Shown here piece by piece: positions 25,445 through 39,700 of a DNA stretch of 64,000 bases. The notes below the pieces were generated by a model. That model ran no database searches and had not been told where the DNA came from. It saw only the letters and a list, made by a program, of their open reading frames with translations. Position 1 is the stretch's first letter, and each line of letters starts with the position of its first letter. This DNA comes from Dipteris shenzhenensis (Eukaryota): NCBI GenBank assembly GCA_047967505.1, contig CM106538.1. One strand, given 5' to 3'. Both the position numbers and the translations under genes were made by a program.

Positions 25445-27302
25445 CCTGGGACTTCTATTGTGTGGGAGAGGGGTCCCACTAACCCAAATGAACACTCTAA
25501 AAAGAGTTATATGGCTTTAATATATTTACATGCATACTTTCTATCCAAGCGCTTCAAGAACAGTCCCACAGATTTGTGCTTTAGGAAGTGGAAAATTTGA
25601 TCCTGATCATTTATGTTCCAATGACATAAAATCTGTAATGGGACCGAAATTGCAGCATTTAAGGATTTTGTGTCAACTACATTTGAACGTTAGACGGTTT
25701 TCATTACTGCTTGGGGATTGAGTACTGGTAGGCCAAAGATGTTATTTTTATGTCCCAATTTGAGCATGCCAGAGAGTTATTACAAAAATTAAACAGCAAG
25801 GCAACAAACATCTACCCCGATTGAGGGAGGAGTCAAACTCACCTGGATGAGTTGGAGAGTAAATAAATGGCACAATGATGCTAGAGGTGGTGACTTACAT
25901 CTGCATGGGATTTGTGTGGACGCAAATCCATGGCTGGGATAAATTTTCCTCAGTGAGTTAAAAACATGTATGATGTATCTAAAGGTTTATTAAGAAGAAA
26001 CTCAGATGTAGTGAAGCTGAGCATGAGGCTGCAAACATGGCCACATCAAAAGATTGGTGTTTAACTTTGCTCATGCGAAAGGCGAGGCAACTTCCCTTCA
26101 GTATTAAGTCAATGGGCAATTGCTAGTGCTGAAAATTGGTATATCATGTACATACACAACACATTGAGGTGCAGTTTCACAATACCTGGAGAGACAATAG
26201 TCAAGAGACATTGATATCGTTTATTGTTTATGGAACAATGGAGTGCATGTGTTGTGGGTTGTTGGAGCTACGCATGCATTTGCATGTGTTTTTCCCTGGA
26301 CTTGTTGATGGTTGCGTCGACAAGTCTTGGCAGGGCAATAAAGTATAGGTTATTTTGACAATAGGGGCAGTGTCGCTAACAGGCAAGGGTTGATTTTTTT
26401 TCAATAAAAAGATTTTCCCTGATTTCAGACAGTGCAGTACCATATGCATGGGTAAAATAGGGTAGCATACACCTTTCAGCCAAACACTGATTTGAATACA
26501 CACTTGAGCTCTTTCGAACTCGTTCCTCTCTCTCCTCACCTTCGTACACACACTTGTCGACCTGCCTGACTATTGCCCCAAACATTAGAGCATTAGCTTG
26601 TGTTTGTAAGTCTTATGAATCAGGAAGGATATCTTAACATTTTCCTTTTACAATAGGCTTTCCAATTTCATTAAGAGAAACCCTTGTGATATTCAGACAT
26701 GGAAGTTGATCATAAGAGGGTTTTAGATATAAACAAGTGCTTCATGGATGGAGAAACAGTATGCACTTGTTTGACAAAGCAGATTAGCAAAATTTTCCCT
26801 TGGAGTAGATATTAGCGGTGCCTTTCCTCCAATGCCATCTCAATGCATTCTCTTATAGAAGAGGAAGGAGGTTCAGTTGTTGTAACCACCCCTAGTGGAT
26901 CCTTTATGCTCTGCTGAATATGTACTGTTTGTGTTTCTTTCTTCAACTGAATCATTTTTAAAATGGGAAACAGTTGAGAGGCCTTTTTTTCCCATGACAA
27001 CACATTATCCAGATATATAGGAAAGAAAGACGACTGGCTATTAGTTTTTTCTCAATGACAAGACAGAAGACTGCACCACCTAGCTGCACAACCCTTGTAC
27101 CATGGGGATATAGTAATCTTAAGTTTAGTTTGTCATTTTATCCACATAAATCAAATCTGTTCATTTTTGCATCTTTTATTCACAAATATTTTAGTAAAAG
27201 TTGCGTGCAAATGGGAAGGGAGGTTAGAAAAACAGACAAATTGCTGATCTTTTAAGGCATGTATTGATTTCTATCTTCCCCTTTGGACTCTGTCTTTTGC
27301 AG

Positions 27303-27506
27303 AATGTGCCTCTGTTCAGTACTATGTTTGGAAGTGGCTCTGTTCATTTTCGTACTGCCCGTTCCTGGATGCTTCGCCTTCTTTTTTTTGGCTTGAAAAC
27401 ATCTTTTGATACTCATATTTATCGTCGTCGATTTATTCTAGAAATTCTTATGAGTTTCTACACTTCACCTTTGGGGGACCAGCATACTCGGGAATGGATC
27501 TTACAG
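27303..27506 (+). CDS. URB1: Internal exon of URB1/NPA1 (NopRA1 domain)
   Basis: TTTTGCAG acceptor and GT donor, phase 0, 204 nt: NVPLFSTMFGSGSVHFRTARSWMLRLLFFGLKTSFDTHIYRRRFILEILMSFYTSPLGDQHTREWILQ. Continues the previous exon in frame. Confidence 0.87.
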
Positions 27507-27738
27507 GTACTCTATCCCCCTCTCACTGAAGCTGCCTTTTTGAATTTAAGATTTTGCCCAAGCTCCCGTGCAGCTTTTGTTATAGCAGCTAAACATGGGA
27601 CCTTACGTTGATAGAGAAAGCTTACAGAAATAGTTTGTATGGTATATTAAATTTTTGGTAGATAGGATAGGAACAAAGGATACCCAGGTTGAAGATGTTC
27701 TAGAATCTGATATCAATGGGTCGTAATGATGACTCCAG

Positions 27739-27900
27739 GTTGTACACAGGGCCTCAAAGTTACGGAGCTTTGTGCAGTACCTGATAGAGCATGCTGGCTT
27801 ACTGTCCTGGCTCAGTTCAATCACCATAAGCAATGGAGCAGCCAAATCAGGGGAATATGCTGTGGGGATCTCCTTTGAACTAGCTATTGATGCTCTAAAG
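27739..27900 (+). CDS. URB1: Internal exon of URB1/NPA1
   Basis: CCAG acceptor and GTAAGT donor, phase 0, 162 nt: VVHRASKLRSFVQYLIEHAGLLSWLSSITISNGAAKSGEYAVGISFELAIDALK, containing the URB1-type L.E..GLLSW motif. Confidence 0.83.
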
Positions 27901-29732
27901 GTAAGTTGGCAGTGTAAACTTTCGATTTGTCACCCTAATCTCTGTATACCTAACTGGGTAAAGGCTCATTGTACTTTTGAGAATAAGTCCTATGGACTCT
28001 GCAAAGGATTTCTACACTGTAATTCAGTCTAATCTGTGTGGAATGCCTGTTATCTGCATTGGCCTGGAATATTACTGTGAAGGTTCCTCAAACCACTATA
28101 TGATTGGAAAAATTAATTCTTGTAATGAATGTTTATGAAATTTTTTGAGAGGAAAAGAAATAGGTTCTTTTGATCTGAAAGTATTGGAGCCTACTGGCTC
28201 CTGGGGAAATTGATACTAGCTCATCATCCAAATTAAATAGAAGGGAGGGTTTGTATGTAAATCACAGCAGCAAACAATCCATATTGGTTTCCTACATACC
28301 TCTTGGAGCGACGCAGCGCTCAACTCATATATTTGCTGGAGCCATATGTGTTTTGTACCCACTCTGGACTGAAAGTTCAGGTGCACCCTGCACATTCACA
28401 ATGGAATATTGATTCTCAGTACTGTAATTACAAAATGCCTGCAGGCAATTGCAGGCCAAATTACAACAGGTGAAGTCCAGCAGGAGTGTTTAGTTACACA
28501 TATGGTTCAGCTGTGCTGTAATCGCCATCACCTGCTATTTGCTTGTGCATTTGCGCTGATGACCTGGTGTGTCAAATTTCTTTACTAGACAGGCTTTACT
28601 GCCCTTCATGCTGCCACTGAACAATACAAGCGCTCACTTCTCAGCTCTATATTGCAGTCATCTCTCAGCTCTCTTTAGAATCTATTACTCCTAGCTTTCA
28701 CTCTCTCACTCACACAGTAACCTTGCATCCCGGTGGACAGCACAAGCCTCTTCCTTGCCTTGTAGAAGTGCCCTACATAGTCAGTGTGGACAGCATCACG
28801 GTCTTGGTATTGTTCGGCGTTGCCTCTCAGGTCTTTGGGTCTGCAATACGTGTGCACAGTGTACTCTTCAGAAGCACGTTTCTATGCTCTCTCGAAGAGT
28901 GTTATATGTATTTCTTAGTTCTCCAAGTATAAATCAAATTCTCCCCTGATTGGGGGAGGGGGCCCTCAGTGGGTATAGGGACCCAATTGGTTGTCGACTC
29001 CATTCTCTCTCTACCCTTATCTCCTTTCTCTCTCTATGGTGCATAACACTAATTCCTCGCTAAAGGTTTAAAGAAGGTCTTGCTGTGATTACACAATCAG
29101 ATTTTACATTTCATTAAGAAGCAAAACTTTTATATTAGTATTGAAAGTTGTATGCCTTAATAAAAATAAAATTTGAAACTTTATACAAACAATTTCAAAG
29201 TTTTGTAAGCATTTACATCTTTGACTTCAAATTTCAAAAGAAAATATACAAAAGCGTACTATATTCTACCATGATTTATGTTAATATATTATCTATAAAA
29301 CATCCATGATTTGGCGATCTCTCACTTGTTTCTGCACTGTCTCTTCGGGGATTTGTTATGTGGTGGTGCCTAGTAGTAAGTTTGCCATTGAGTGGCAAGA
29401 AAGGGCTGGGATTTCTTCACTATTATAGCCAAGGGTGCATGTTGTCATGTCGATCGGGTTGCAATGGTATAGTTTGATGGAGTACTTAAGGCCTTGGAGG
29501 TGCATTGCAAGTACATGTATGCAAGACAACAACTTTTTTTCCCATGAAAATGACTTCTATTAAGTATGAAAACTACCCGCGTGAGCAAGCTCAAAGCGGA
29601 ATTACATCATGTTGTGCATGAGGAAACCCCCTAAAATAGGGAATAGAAAACTCCAAATGAGCTGGAAAGAAACCAAGGTTGAGGCTGAAAGTACCACCTC
29701 AACCCTGCTGTAGTCGCTAAGGAAAGGGGGGA

Positions 29733-32700
29733 TGTAAAGCTCTCTATACTAGTCTCTACTGCAGATCACGGGAACAGCACCATGATTCTCCTCCCAGCCA
29801 ATTCTTACTAAGGCTCACAAGCGAGAGATAGAGATCTACGTTACCAAAAACTACTTGAATCATTCTCTTCTCTTCTCTCTCTAGCCTTAGCAAACCCCAA
29901 ATCCCTAGATAGATCTAGATGCCACATGTCATCTATATAGGGCCTTCCTAATGCACATTTCACCCCTCTCTTGGGATGCATTTAATTCCTTGCCCCTAGG
30001 CAATATCTCAGCACTAGGCCCTTGGTCTTAGATCTATCTAGTCTGGTGCTATCAGCCCTCACCTAGGACCTTGACATTAAATCCCTCCCGATCATTTACA
30101 TGAAGCGCAAACACATATATTACAAAGATAGATCCTATAAGGAAAATGTCGACTGATTCTTCCGAGGTCATGCTACCTCGGCTAGAGCGTAACATTCCTT
30201 CCCTCTTCAGACATCAGCGTCCTCGATGATAAAGTCTGGGAACACTCTCCGCAACTGATATACGGATTCCCAGGTAGCTTCGGATAGAGGCTGACCATGC
30301 CATGCAACCAACACCGTGGGTATCTTTCGATTTCGTATTTGCATTGTTCCTCGGTCCAGGATTCTTGTTGGTTTGCGCCTTGCAATATCCTCTATCTCCT
30401 GAAATAAAACCACACCTTCGATTAGTGAGTCACCTGTATGTAAAAATTTCTTTAAGCGTGAAACATGAAAAACCGGGTGCACCTTACACCCCTGTGGCAA
30501 TTCTAATTTATAGGCTACACTGCCTATTCTCTTTAGAATTAACCACGGCCCACAGTATCGAGGTGATAACTTAGCACACTCTCCTGAAGTCAACGACTTC
30601 GAGTGCGAAGGAATTCTGAGAAAAACTTTTTCTCCTTCTTCAAATACTCTTATAGACCGATTTGCATCCGCATACACCTTGGCTCTATCCATAGCCTGGC
30701 GGATATTAGCTCTTGCAAGTGCTAGCATCTCCCGCATCTGAACTACAAAGTTCGCGGCACTAGGCACTTTCTGAGGTACTCCAACTATAGTCGGATTGGC
30801 TGGTCTATAACCATAGTTCAGCTCCAACGGACTGAACCCAGTAGATGAATGTTTCCTATCATTGTAGGCAAACTCCAACAATGGCAACCACTTGTCCCAT
30901 GTATGTTGCCTCAATGACACATATGCTCTCAGCATATCCTCTAAAGTCTGGTTGACTCTCTCCGTCTGACCATCCGTCTCAGGATGATCCCCACTACTCA
31001 TTCCCAACTCAGTCCTTAGTGTCTCAAATACCGCTGTCCAAAAATGACCGGTAAATCTAACATCTCTGTCTGACACTATGGATCTAGGCAATCCATGCAG
31101 ACGAAATATATGTCTAATGAATAAATCCGCCACTTGTGGGGCACTAACAGACTCTCTAGTCGGAATGAAGTGAGCCATCTTGGTTAGACGATCAACCACC
31201 ACAAGGATAGAATTATAGCCTCCTTGTGTTGCAGGTAGCCCTACAATAAAGTCCATGGAAATGCTCTCCCACTTACTTAGTGGTATTTCCAAGGGCTGTA
31301 AAAGTCCGGGTGGCTTCACCCGCTCGGCCTTACTTACCTGACACGAGAAACACCGTGTCACATATTCATGAATATGCTTTTTCATCTTTGGCCAAAAGAA
31401 ATCTCGCTTCACGAGATCATATGTCTTCTCGACTCCTGGATGTCCCGCACACGGGCTATCATGGCATTGTCGAATGACTCTCTGCCTGAGATCATTCTGA
31501 CCAGGTACTACAACCTTGCCATTTCTAACTAGCATACCATCCCTTATGGTATATCTTGCATAAGTTTGGCCTTTTCTGGATGCCAGGTCATCCTTTTCAC
31601 TTTCCCCGGGTTTTAACACATGAGCCTTAGGCCATAAGCTCTGGACAAACTCGTCCACCTTTTGAGTTTCTCTGATCTCGGTCATTAGAGCACTCTCTAA
31701 TACCGTGAAACTCAGGTTGTGCATAATGCGAGACAACGCATCAGCAACCTTATTGTCTTTTCCTCTTCGGTACCGCGAATCGTTAGATTAAACTCCTGCA
31801 TGAGCTCTGCCCACCTAGCTTGGCGGCCCCTCAAGTCAGGCTGTTTACAAAAATGTTTCAGAGTATCATGATCTACATCCACATAAAACTCTGAACCATA
31901 CAGATAATGCCTCCATGTTTTCAAAGCATGGATAACTGCATACAACTCCAATTCATGAGTTGGCCAATTCCTTTGAGAGGGAGAAAGCTTCTTGCTTTCA
32001 AAGGCTACTGGCCTTCCCTCTTGAAGGAGAACTGCTCCTACCGCAATGCCACTTGCATCGGTTTCTAGGAACAACGGTTTCTGGGGATCAACTATTTTTA
32101 ACACCGGTCCTGAGACCACAGCTTGTTTTATGGTGTTAAAACTTTCCTGTTGATTCTGTCCCCAAACAAAAGGTACTTTATTTGAGGTCAGATCAGTCAA
32201 TGGCGATACTATTCCTGAATATCCTTTGATATGCCTTCTACAAAACTGGACAAATCCCAAGAATGATCGCAAAAGGCGGTCAGACTCTGAGGGATTGGCC
32301 CAGTTAGTATCGCAGCCACTTTCTTCGGATCCATTTCTACCCCCTGTGGAGTAATTATGAACCCTAAATACTCAAGCCTAACCATACACAGTATAGTTTT
32401 CTTTTTATTCACATAAAGACTGGCTTTCCTCAAAGTACTGAACACTATCCTTAAGTGTTCACGATGCTTAGTAACACTTTTACTGAATATCAGGATATCG
32501 TCAATAAAATGTACCACGAACTTTCCGATATACGGACGTAGTAAATCGTTCATAAGCATGACGAAGGTCGCTGGAGCATTGGTAAGTCCGAAGGGCATTA
32601 CCAAAAACTCATAATGACCAAACCTGCTCCTGAAAGCGGTTCTATGCACATCCTCGGCTCTAATCCGGATTTGATGATAGCCGCACTTAAGATCTATCTT

Positions 32701-35700
32701 GCTGAAAATCACGGCTCCATGTAATGCATATAGCAAATCATCAATCCGAGCCATCGGATACCTGTGCTTAACAGTGATATTATTCAATCCTCTGTAATCT
32801 ATACAGAGGCGAAACGTATCATCCTTTTTCCTCTTTAATATCACTGGCGAAGCAAAAGGTGAGAAACTTGGTTGAATCTGCCCCAACTTGAGGTATTCTT
32901 CCAGTTGTCTACGCACCTCCGCCTCTTCAGTAAAACTCATTCTATAGGGAGGTCTATTTACAGGTTCTGCCCCCGGGATCAGTTCAATTTTATGTTGAAC
33001 CTTCCGCTCTGGAGGTAACCCATAAGGTAGTTCATCCCTAAAACATTCAGAGAACTCCTCTGCTATAAGATTAGCCAGCTTGGCCATCTCACCACTTTGC
33101 GTAACATCAGTGCTAGTCGAAGAATCATTCACCGACTCTACCGATGCTGTGCAAAGGTACAAAAGCTCTACTTGAGCCTTTCTGATTTCCATCACGGAAA
33201 CCAACGGTCCCTGAGGTATATCTCTTTCACCTCGCAAGACATAAAGCACATCATTCATCTTGAATTGATATACGTGCTTTTTCCAATCAATGGCTGGATT
33301 CTTCCTAGAATGCCACGCCATTCCCAGGGCTATATCCGCATGAGCAAGCTTGGTTATTTCAAAATCAAGCTTCTCAGCATAGTCCTGAATCCGAAGCTCC
33401 AACTGGGTAACCCTTTGGTCCCATACTTCAGTTGAACTTCCATCTGCCATCCTGACTGTGTACGCATAGCCAGATGGACTTGTCTTTAGTTTCAGCCTCT
33501 TCACGAGCTTGGAGTTAATCACATTCGCTGAGTCAAACAACACAATGACATCATGATTGGCCACTTGCCCTTTCATTTTAATTAACTCCGTATCATTGAA
33601 GGCTGTATACCCTGTTGCTGCGGGCTTAGATAGGATGTTATCAGGTGCACTCGTCACTAACTTAGCAACAGACACACAGAACAAACAAGGTACTAACCTC
33701 TGAGAAGATCCCGCTAGCTGAATCTGCATCTCTTCCGCTCTGGGACTTCCCTGCATCTCCACGTTGCACTCTGAGATCTCCATCTCAGCCATCCGACGAT
33801 CTTTATTACGTGGACAATCTCTCCACTGATGAGGTTGAAGGCAACCAAAGCATAAGCCTTCTCTCCTCGCTTTTTCCCGCTGTTCTGGGTTCAAGGGAGA
33901 TTTAGACCAAGCCCGGGCTGCCATTGGAGTTACTTTCCTCTTCACTCCAATGGTGGTACTTGGTTTAGGAGTTTCAGCCGGTCTCGCCTGCTTGGCTTGA
34001 CCACTCGGCTGCGAACCACTCCCTCTACTAGCCCACTTCTTCTTAAACCCAGACTTCTTCGGATACCCATACTGGGTTCCGACCTGTGCAAACCCACTTG
34101 GCTTGCTGCCCTTGGCATCCTCGTAGTTCAGGGCTATAGCTATTGCATCATCTAGTGTGTTCGCGTACTTAGCCCGAACTTTCATTTTTATTCGATCATT
34201 CAATCCAAATATGAAATCTTTCACTTGGATTGATTGAGGCAGGGGTTCATCAACCTTCATTACACTCTCTCGAAACTTATCAGTGTATTCTGCCACTGAT
34301 AAATTTCTCTGACGAAGGTTCCTATATTGATCCCAAGCTCGGGATGCTTCGTCAGGAGGTAAGAAGTGTTTCCTGAACTCTCTTTTAAACCCCTCCCAGG
34401 TAGTGGATGCTATGCCATCTTTTTGTTGTTTAATCCACCACCGATCCGCTGCCTCACTAAACATATGGGTGGCCTCGCGGATCTTTTTGATGTCGTTTCT
34501 GATCTCACAAATGGCAAACGCCTCGTCCCATTTGTGTAACCAGGTCTCAATGACATCGGAGCTACGGTCGTTCATCCGACCAGAATACTTTTCCGGTCTG
34601 TAATTGGCAATATTTGGCACTTTAGCCTTCCTAGGCTCGACCGTATGGACACTAGGCTCCAGTTCCATTGGAGCCTTACCCTTCTCTTCTCGAGAAGGTC
34701 TGGCAGACATACTCTGTAACGCTCTCCTAAGTTCAGATTGCCCTGCGTTGGCTTGTAATTGCTGCGCTAACAACTGTTGCAAGGCATCCTCCAGCAATGC
34801 AATCCTGCCAGATAAAGTGTGAGCTACTGGGCGCGATCCTTGCTGGGTCGGCCGGACTCGTGATTCACCAGGGTCCCTCCTGGAAGCCCCTTCTTCTGCT
34901 TCCATTTAGTTCAATAGGTGTTTTGTTTTGGGGTTGAAAAAAAAAAAAAAAAACACCCCTAGAGCACTGTAATCACAAGCTGACACAATTCAGTGTACTG
35001 ACACTCTGAACACAATTCCCTATACTAGGGAATTCTTGCAATCCCACATTCACACTGATCAAGCATTTAATACAGGCATATATCACAAATGGCGCTTTTC
35101 CCTATACTAGGGAAATTCCTGCAAATTAACTCGGACTGAAGTATACAGGCATAGTCTCAAGCATAATCTGTCCCTGCTACAGCATCAAACCTTCATGCAG
35201 ACTTATCACTTACGAGATCCTGTTCATGTAAGCGGAGCATCAACGAAACTAATCAGGAAAAAAAAACACAGAGTTGGCGGAAGCTCCCTGGTTGATCGCT
35301 CCTGCCTAGTGAACCAGACTTTCTCTATTTTCGAGCAGCGCTCCACCATGCGTCACGCCGGGCTGCACCTTGGAGATACCAGTAATAACATGTCACGTTG
35401 CAGGCCTTCCCGTTCACGAGCCCACGAGCTGTCTGCGTGGCCTTGGACGAACCAGATAGGTGGTTGGTCCACCTATCGTCTATCTTCAACAGCGTTGGAT
35501 CTCCCTCGACGCTGGTCTATAATCGTGCGGCCTTTTCACTTGCCTAGCCTGTTCGTCGTCACCGTCGGGTGATTCGCCACCAACGCTCCACCTTTCCCCT
35601 TTCGTAACCTGCTCTGATACCAATTGTAAAGCTCTCTATACTAGTCTCTACTGCAGATCACGGGAACAGCACCATGATTCTCCTCCCAGCCAATTCTTAC

Positions 35701-36077
35701 TAAGGCTCACAAGCGAGAGATAGAGATCTACGTTACCAAAAACTACTTGAATCATTCTCTTCTCTTCTCTCTCTAGCCTTAGCAAACCCCAAATCCCTAG
35801 ATAGATCTAGATGCCACATGTCATCTATATAGGGCCTTCCTAATGCACATTTCACCCCTCTCTTGGGATGCATTTAATTCCTTGCCCCTAGGCAATATCT
35901 CAGCACTAGGCCCTTGGTCTTAGATCTATCTAGTCTGGTCCTCACCTAGGACCTTGACATTAAATCCCTCCCGATCATTTACATGAAGCGCAAACACATA
36001 TATTACAAAGATAGATCCTATAAGGGAAATGTCGACTGATTCTTCCGAGGTCATGCTACCTCGGCTAGAGCATAACA
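29733..36077 (-). mobile_element. Gypsy-B: full-length chromovirus, youngest-looking copy, nested in the Copia-2 LTR
   Basis: LTRs 29733-30194 and 35625-36077 (about 2 substitutions plus a 9-bp indel), PBS 35611-35622, TSD GGGGA. Confidence 0.97.
30207..34905 (-). pseudogene. Gypsy-B polyprotein, near intact (2 frameshifts, near 32275 and 31770)
   Basis: ORF 32209-34905 (gag-PR-RT), ORF 31712-32272 (RNase H), ORF 30207-31736 (integrase with SMDF, SDRD and DGQTER, plus chromodomain). Confidence 0.95.
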
Positions 36078-36797
36078 GGGGAACTCTTCCATTCCCTAAG
36101 GAATATAACCCTCCTGACTGAGGCTACCCGGGAAGAATCTTGCATGCTCGCCCAACTAGCCATCAGTGTGTGAACGGTGCCAGCCCAAATATTGGCCAAT
36201 GTGTGCAAGGGATGGACATGAGATCCATCTAAGGCCTTTATGCATTTGGCCCTCCAAATCTGCTAAGTAGTGATGCTAGCCCGTATCTCCCAAGCGGTAT
36301 CCCCATTAGCATGTACTGGTCTATAGCGGGAGATAGGCACATCCTTCAGAGAGCAAGTCTCGACTAGGTGACGTCGAATCGATATGGCCCAAGAAGCATG
36401 CTGCCACTCATAGAAGACCTGAGTTCCTGACAGGGAGAGCCAAGCTACTGATCCCAGAGTCATGAAGAAACGAGAAGGAGAAAAAGTATCGAGTGAAGGG
36501 AGAGTAGTGGAAGAGAGATCAAGGGAGTGAGAGTGAGAGAGAGAGAGACACTCTAGTGCGGGTGTGAAGAATGATGAGCCACACCACAAACTCACTTATG
36601 TTTTATTAGGATTAGGTTTACCCTATGACTGTCTTAAGACAGTCATAGGTGTCCTATCTTTTAATGAAGGGTTGGCAATGTGCCTTTACCCCAACAACCT
36701 CCCACCTAAAGGCCAATGTGCCTAAAGGGGAGAAAAGAATAAAAATTACAGCAATATATACAGTTACTGTATACAAGACCATAAAGTAAGAATGGTC

Positions 36798-39700
36798 TCA
36801 TCCTAATCCCATGATGTGGCGGCAATGTGCAAACCGCTCTGTAGGCAAGCTCTTAGTGAGCAAATCTGCAGGATTATCATCAGTATGCACTTTCACAAGC
36901 TCAAGTCGCTTGTCTTCCAGTACCTCCCTGATGAAATGATATTTCACTTCTATGTGCTTGGTCTTCTGATGAAAGACCGGATTCTTTGCCAACATGATAG
37001 CACTCTGACTATCACAATGCAAAACTGGCATATCTCCTGTAATGCCCAAATCTCCCACCAGCCGAGTAAGCCATATTGCTTCCTTGCAGGCCTCAGTGGC
37101 TGCAACATATTCAGCTTCTGTGGTTGACAGTGCAACGCATTTCTGCAACCGAGACACCCAAGATATAGCACCTCCTGCAAATGTGAAAATATAACCGGTA
37201 GTAGACTTCCGGTTATCTGCATTCCCTGCATAGTTTGAATCTGTAAAACCATGCACCAATGCATCCTGCCTACCATAGCATATGCACAAGTCTTTGGTAC
37301 CTTTGAGATACCTCAAGACACCTTTCACTGCTTCCCAATGCCGCTTGCCTGGATTTGCCATATACCTGCTGATGACTGCCACCGCAAAAGCAATATCCGG
37401 ATGAGTGGCAACCATGGCATACATCAAAGATCCAACTGCAGATGCATACAGAACCTTGGCCATTTCAGCCTTATCATCATCTGATCTGGGGTTGTCCTTA
37501 CTGCTGAGTTTTAAATGTGGAGGCAACGGGGTACTAATGGACTTCCCCCCCTCCATTTTAAACCTCTGCAGTACTTTGTCAATGTACTCTTTCTGTGACA
37601 GAAACAAAAGTCCCTTGGACCTGTCACGAGTAATACGCATGCCAAGAATATGATTTGCATCACCCAAGTCTTTCATGTCAAAAGACTTATGCAGTTGTTT
37701 CTTCAAAGCACTAATCTCATGCTGAGATTTACTGGCAATAAGCATGTCATCCACATATAGAATGAGTATCATCAAACTGCCATCCTTTGCCCGTTTGGTG
37801 TATAAGCAATGATCGGTCTCACACCGATGATACCCTTGGGACTGCATGAAGGCATCAAACTTCTTGTACCATTCCCTTGGCGCCTGCTTGAGTCCATACA
37901 AGCTCCTCTTGAGCTTACACACAAGCTGTTCTTTCCCTTTAACAGCATATCCCTCTGGCTGACTCATATAGATCTCATCATGAAGATCTCCGTGAAGAAA
38001 GGCTGTCTTCACATCCATCTGACATAAATCCATGTCGTCATGAGCAACAAGAGCTAACACTGCTCTCAAAGTAGTCATCTTGACTACCGGAGAAAAGATC
38101 TCATCAAAGTCAATGCCCTTCTCCTGCTTAAATCCCTTGGCAACGAATCTGGCCTTATACCGAGGTAAAGCATTTGAATCCACTTTGACTTTGTAAACCC
38201 ACTTGCATGGCAAAACCTTTCTGCCTGCAGGTAGCTGCACCAAGTCCCATGTATCATTCTGAAGTAGGGAGTCCATTTCTGACTGCATGGCTTTCTCCCA
38301 CTTCTTTTTCTCTGTTCTTCCCATAGCTTCCTTGAAGCTGGAAGGCTCACCACAATCTGTCAGCATGATAAAATCAGCCACATTATTGGCTCCTGGTACA
38401 AACCTGGCAGGAGGCCGTTGTGCACGGGTGCTCCTCCTAACAAAATGTTCCGGATTAGGCTGCTGTCCAGCCTGTTCTTCATGCATGACGGGTGGCTGTA
38501 CCACCATATCTGGCTGTTCTATAGCCCCATCTGTTGGTATATCCAGTGGTACATCATTGGCAAAATTATCTGGCTGATTTCCAGCCTGTATACCCTCTTG
38601 AACAGGGTGATCTGCAGCAGCCTGCTGCTGCATATAAATGGGCATTCTTTGCTGTCCAACATCATCATAAATAACCCTCCTGTATTCTACAGGTTGCACG
38701 GGTTCCTTGTGTACACTATCTTCTTTAAATATGACATCATTGCTGCGTATAATCTTCCGTTTAACGGGATCCCATAACCTGTACCCCATTTCACCTTCGT
38801 CACCATAACCCATAAAGATGCATCTGATAGACTTTGGATCCAGTTTGGTGCATAGTTCTTTGCGTACATGAGCAAAGCACTCGCAGCCAAATACACGTAA
38901 GTGCTTATATGAGGGTGGCTTGCCAGACCACACCTCCTCTGGCACTTTCAATTCCAAAGCCTTATTTGGTGACCTGTTAATAATGTGAACTGCTGTTTGC
39001 ACGGCTTCTGCCCAAAAGCCATGGGGTAATGCAGCATAAGACAACATACATCGAACCTTCTCTTGAATAGTTCGATTCATCCGCTCACTTGCACCATTTT
39101 GAGATGCATTATGAGGGGCTGTGAGTTCCTGTTTGATGCCCTTAGCTTGGCAAAACTGCACAAAAGCATGTGACACATACTCACCCCCATTATCAGATCT
39201 GAGGCATTTCAGCCTACGACCTGTCCGATTCTCAACCTGAGCGACAAACTTCTTGAAAGCATCTAAGGCATCTCCCTTATGCTTCAAGAAATAGACCCAC
39301 ACCTTACGTGTGGCATCATCAATGAAAGTAATAAAATATTTTGCACCCCCTAGTGATAACTGTGGCATCTCACACAAATCAGTGTGCACTAGATCAAGTG
39401 GTGCTCTATTCTGGGGAGTTCTCCTCTTATGAGGAGTGACAGAGTGCTTGCCAAAAATACAATGATCACAAGTAGGCAAATCTGAAAAAGAGAGAGGCGG
39501 CAGATAACCCAAACGTGACAGTTCTTGCATTCCTTTAACAGACATGTGTCCCAACCGGCTATGCCACAATGAAACCTTTGGCAGCTCGGTTATGGCAACA
39601 ACATGATTACCCACACTGGAAACATAAAGAGGGTACAAGGTATCACTCTTAAAACCCTCAGCCACTACAGTCTGGCCATCAGTAATCACCCATTTGGAAT

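Noticed and set aside
24867-25480. Minus-strand Cys/His-rich frame around the MITE (possible L1 ORF1 knuckle)
   Set aside because: Motif spacing is poor and no flanking L1 domains are present; it cannot be supported without a search.
28422-29096. Next URB1 exon at the AG near 28592, or an LTR/retroposon bounded by CTGTRATTACAMAAT repeats
   Set aside because: All frames stop within about 35 codons with no URB1 similarity. No TG..CA pair with a matching TSD, and the imperfect direct repeat alone is insufficient.
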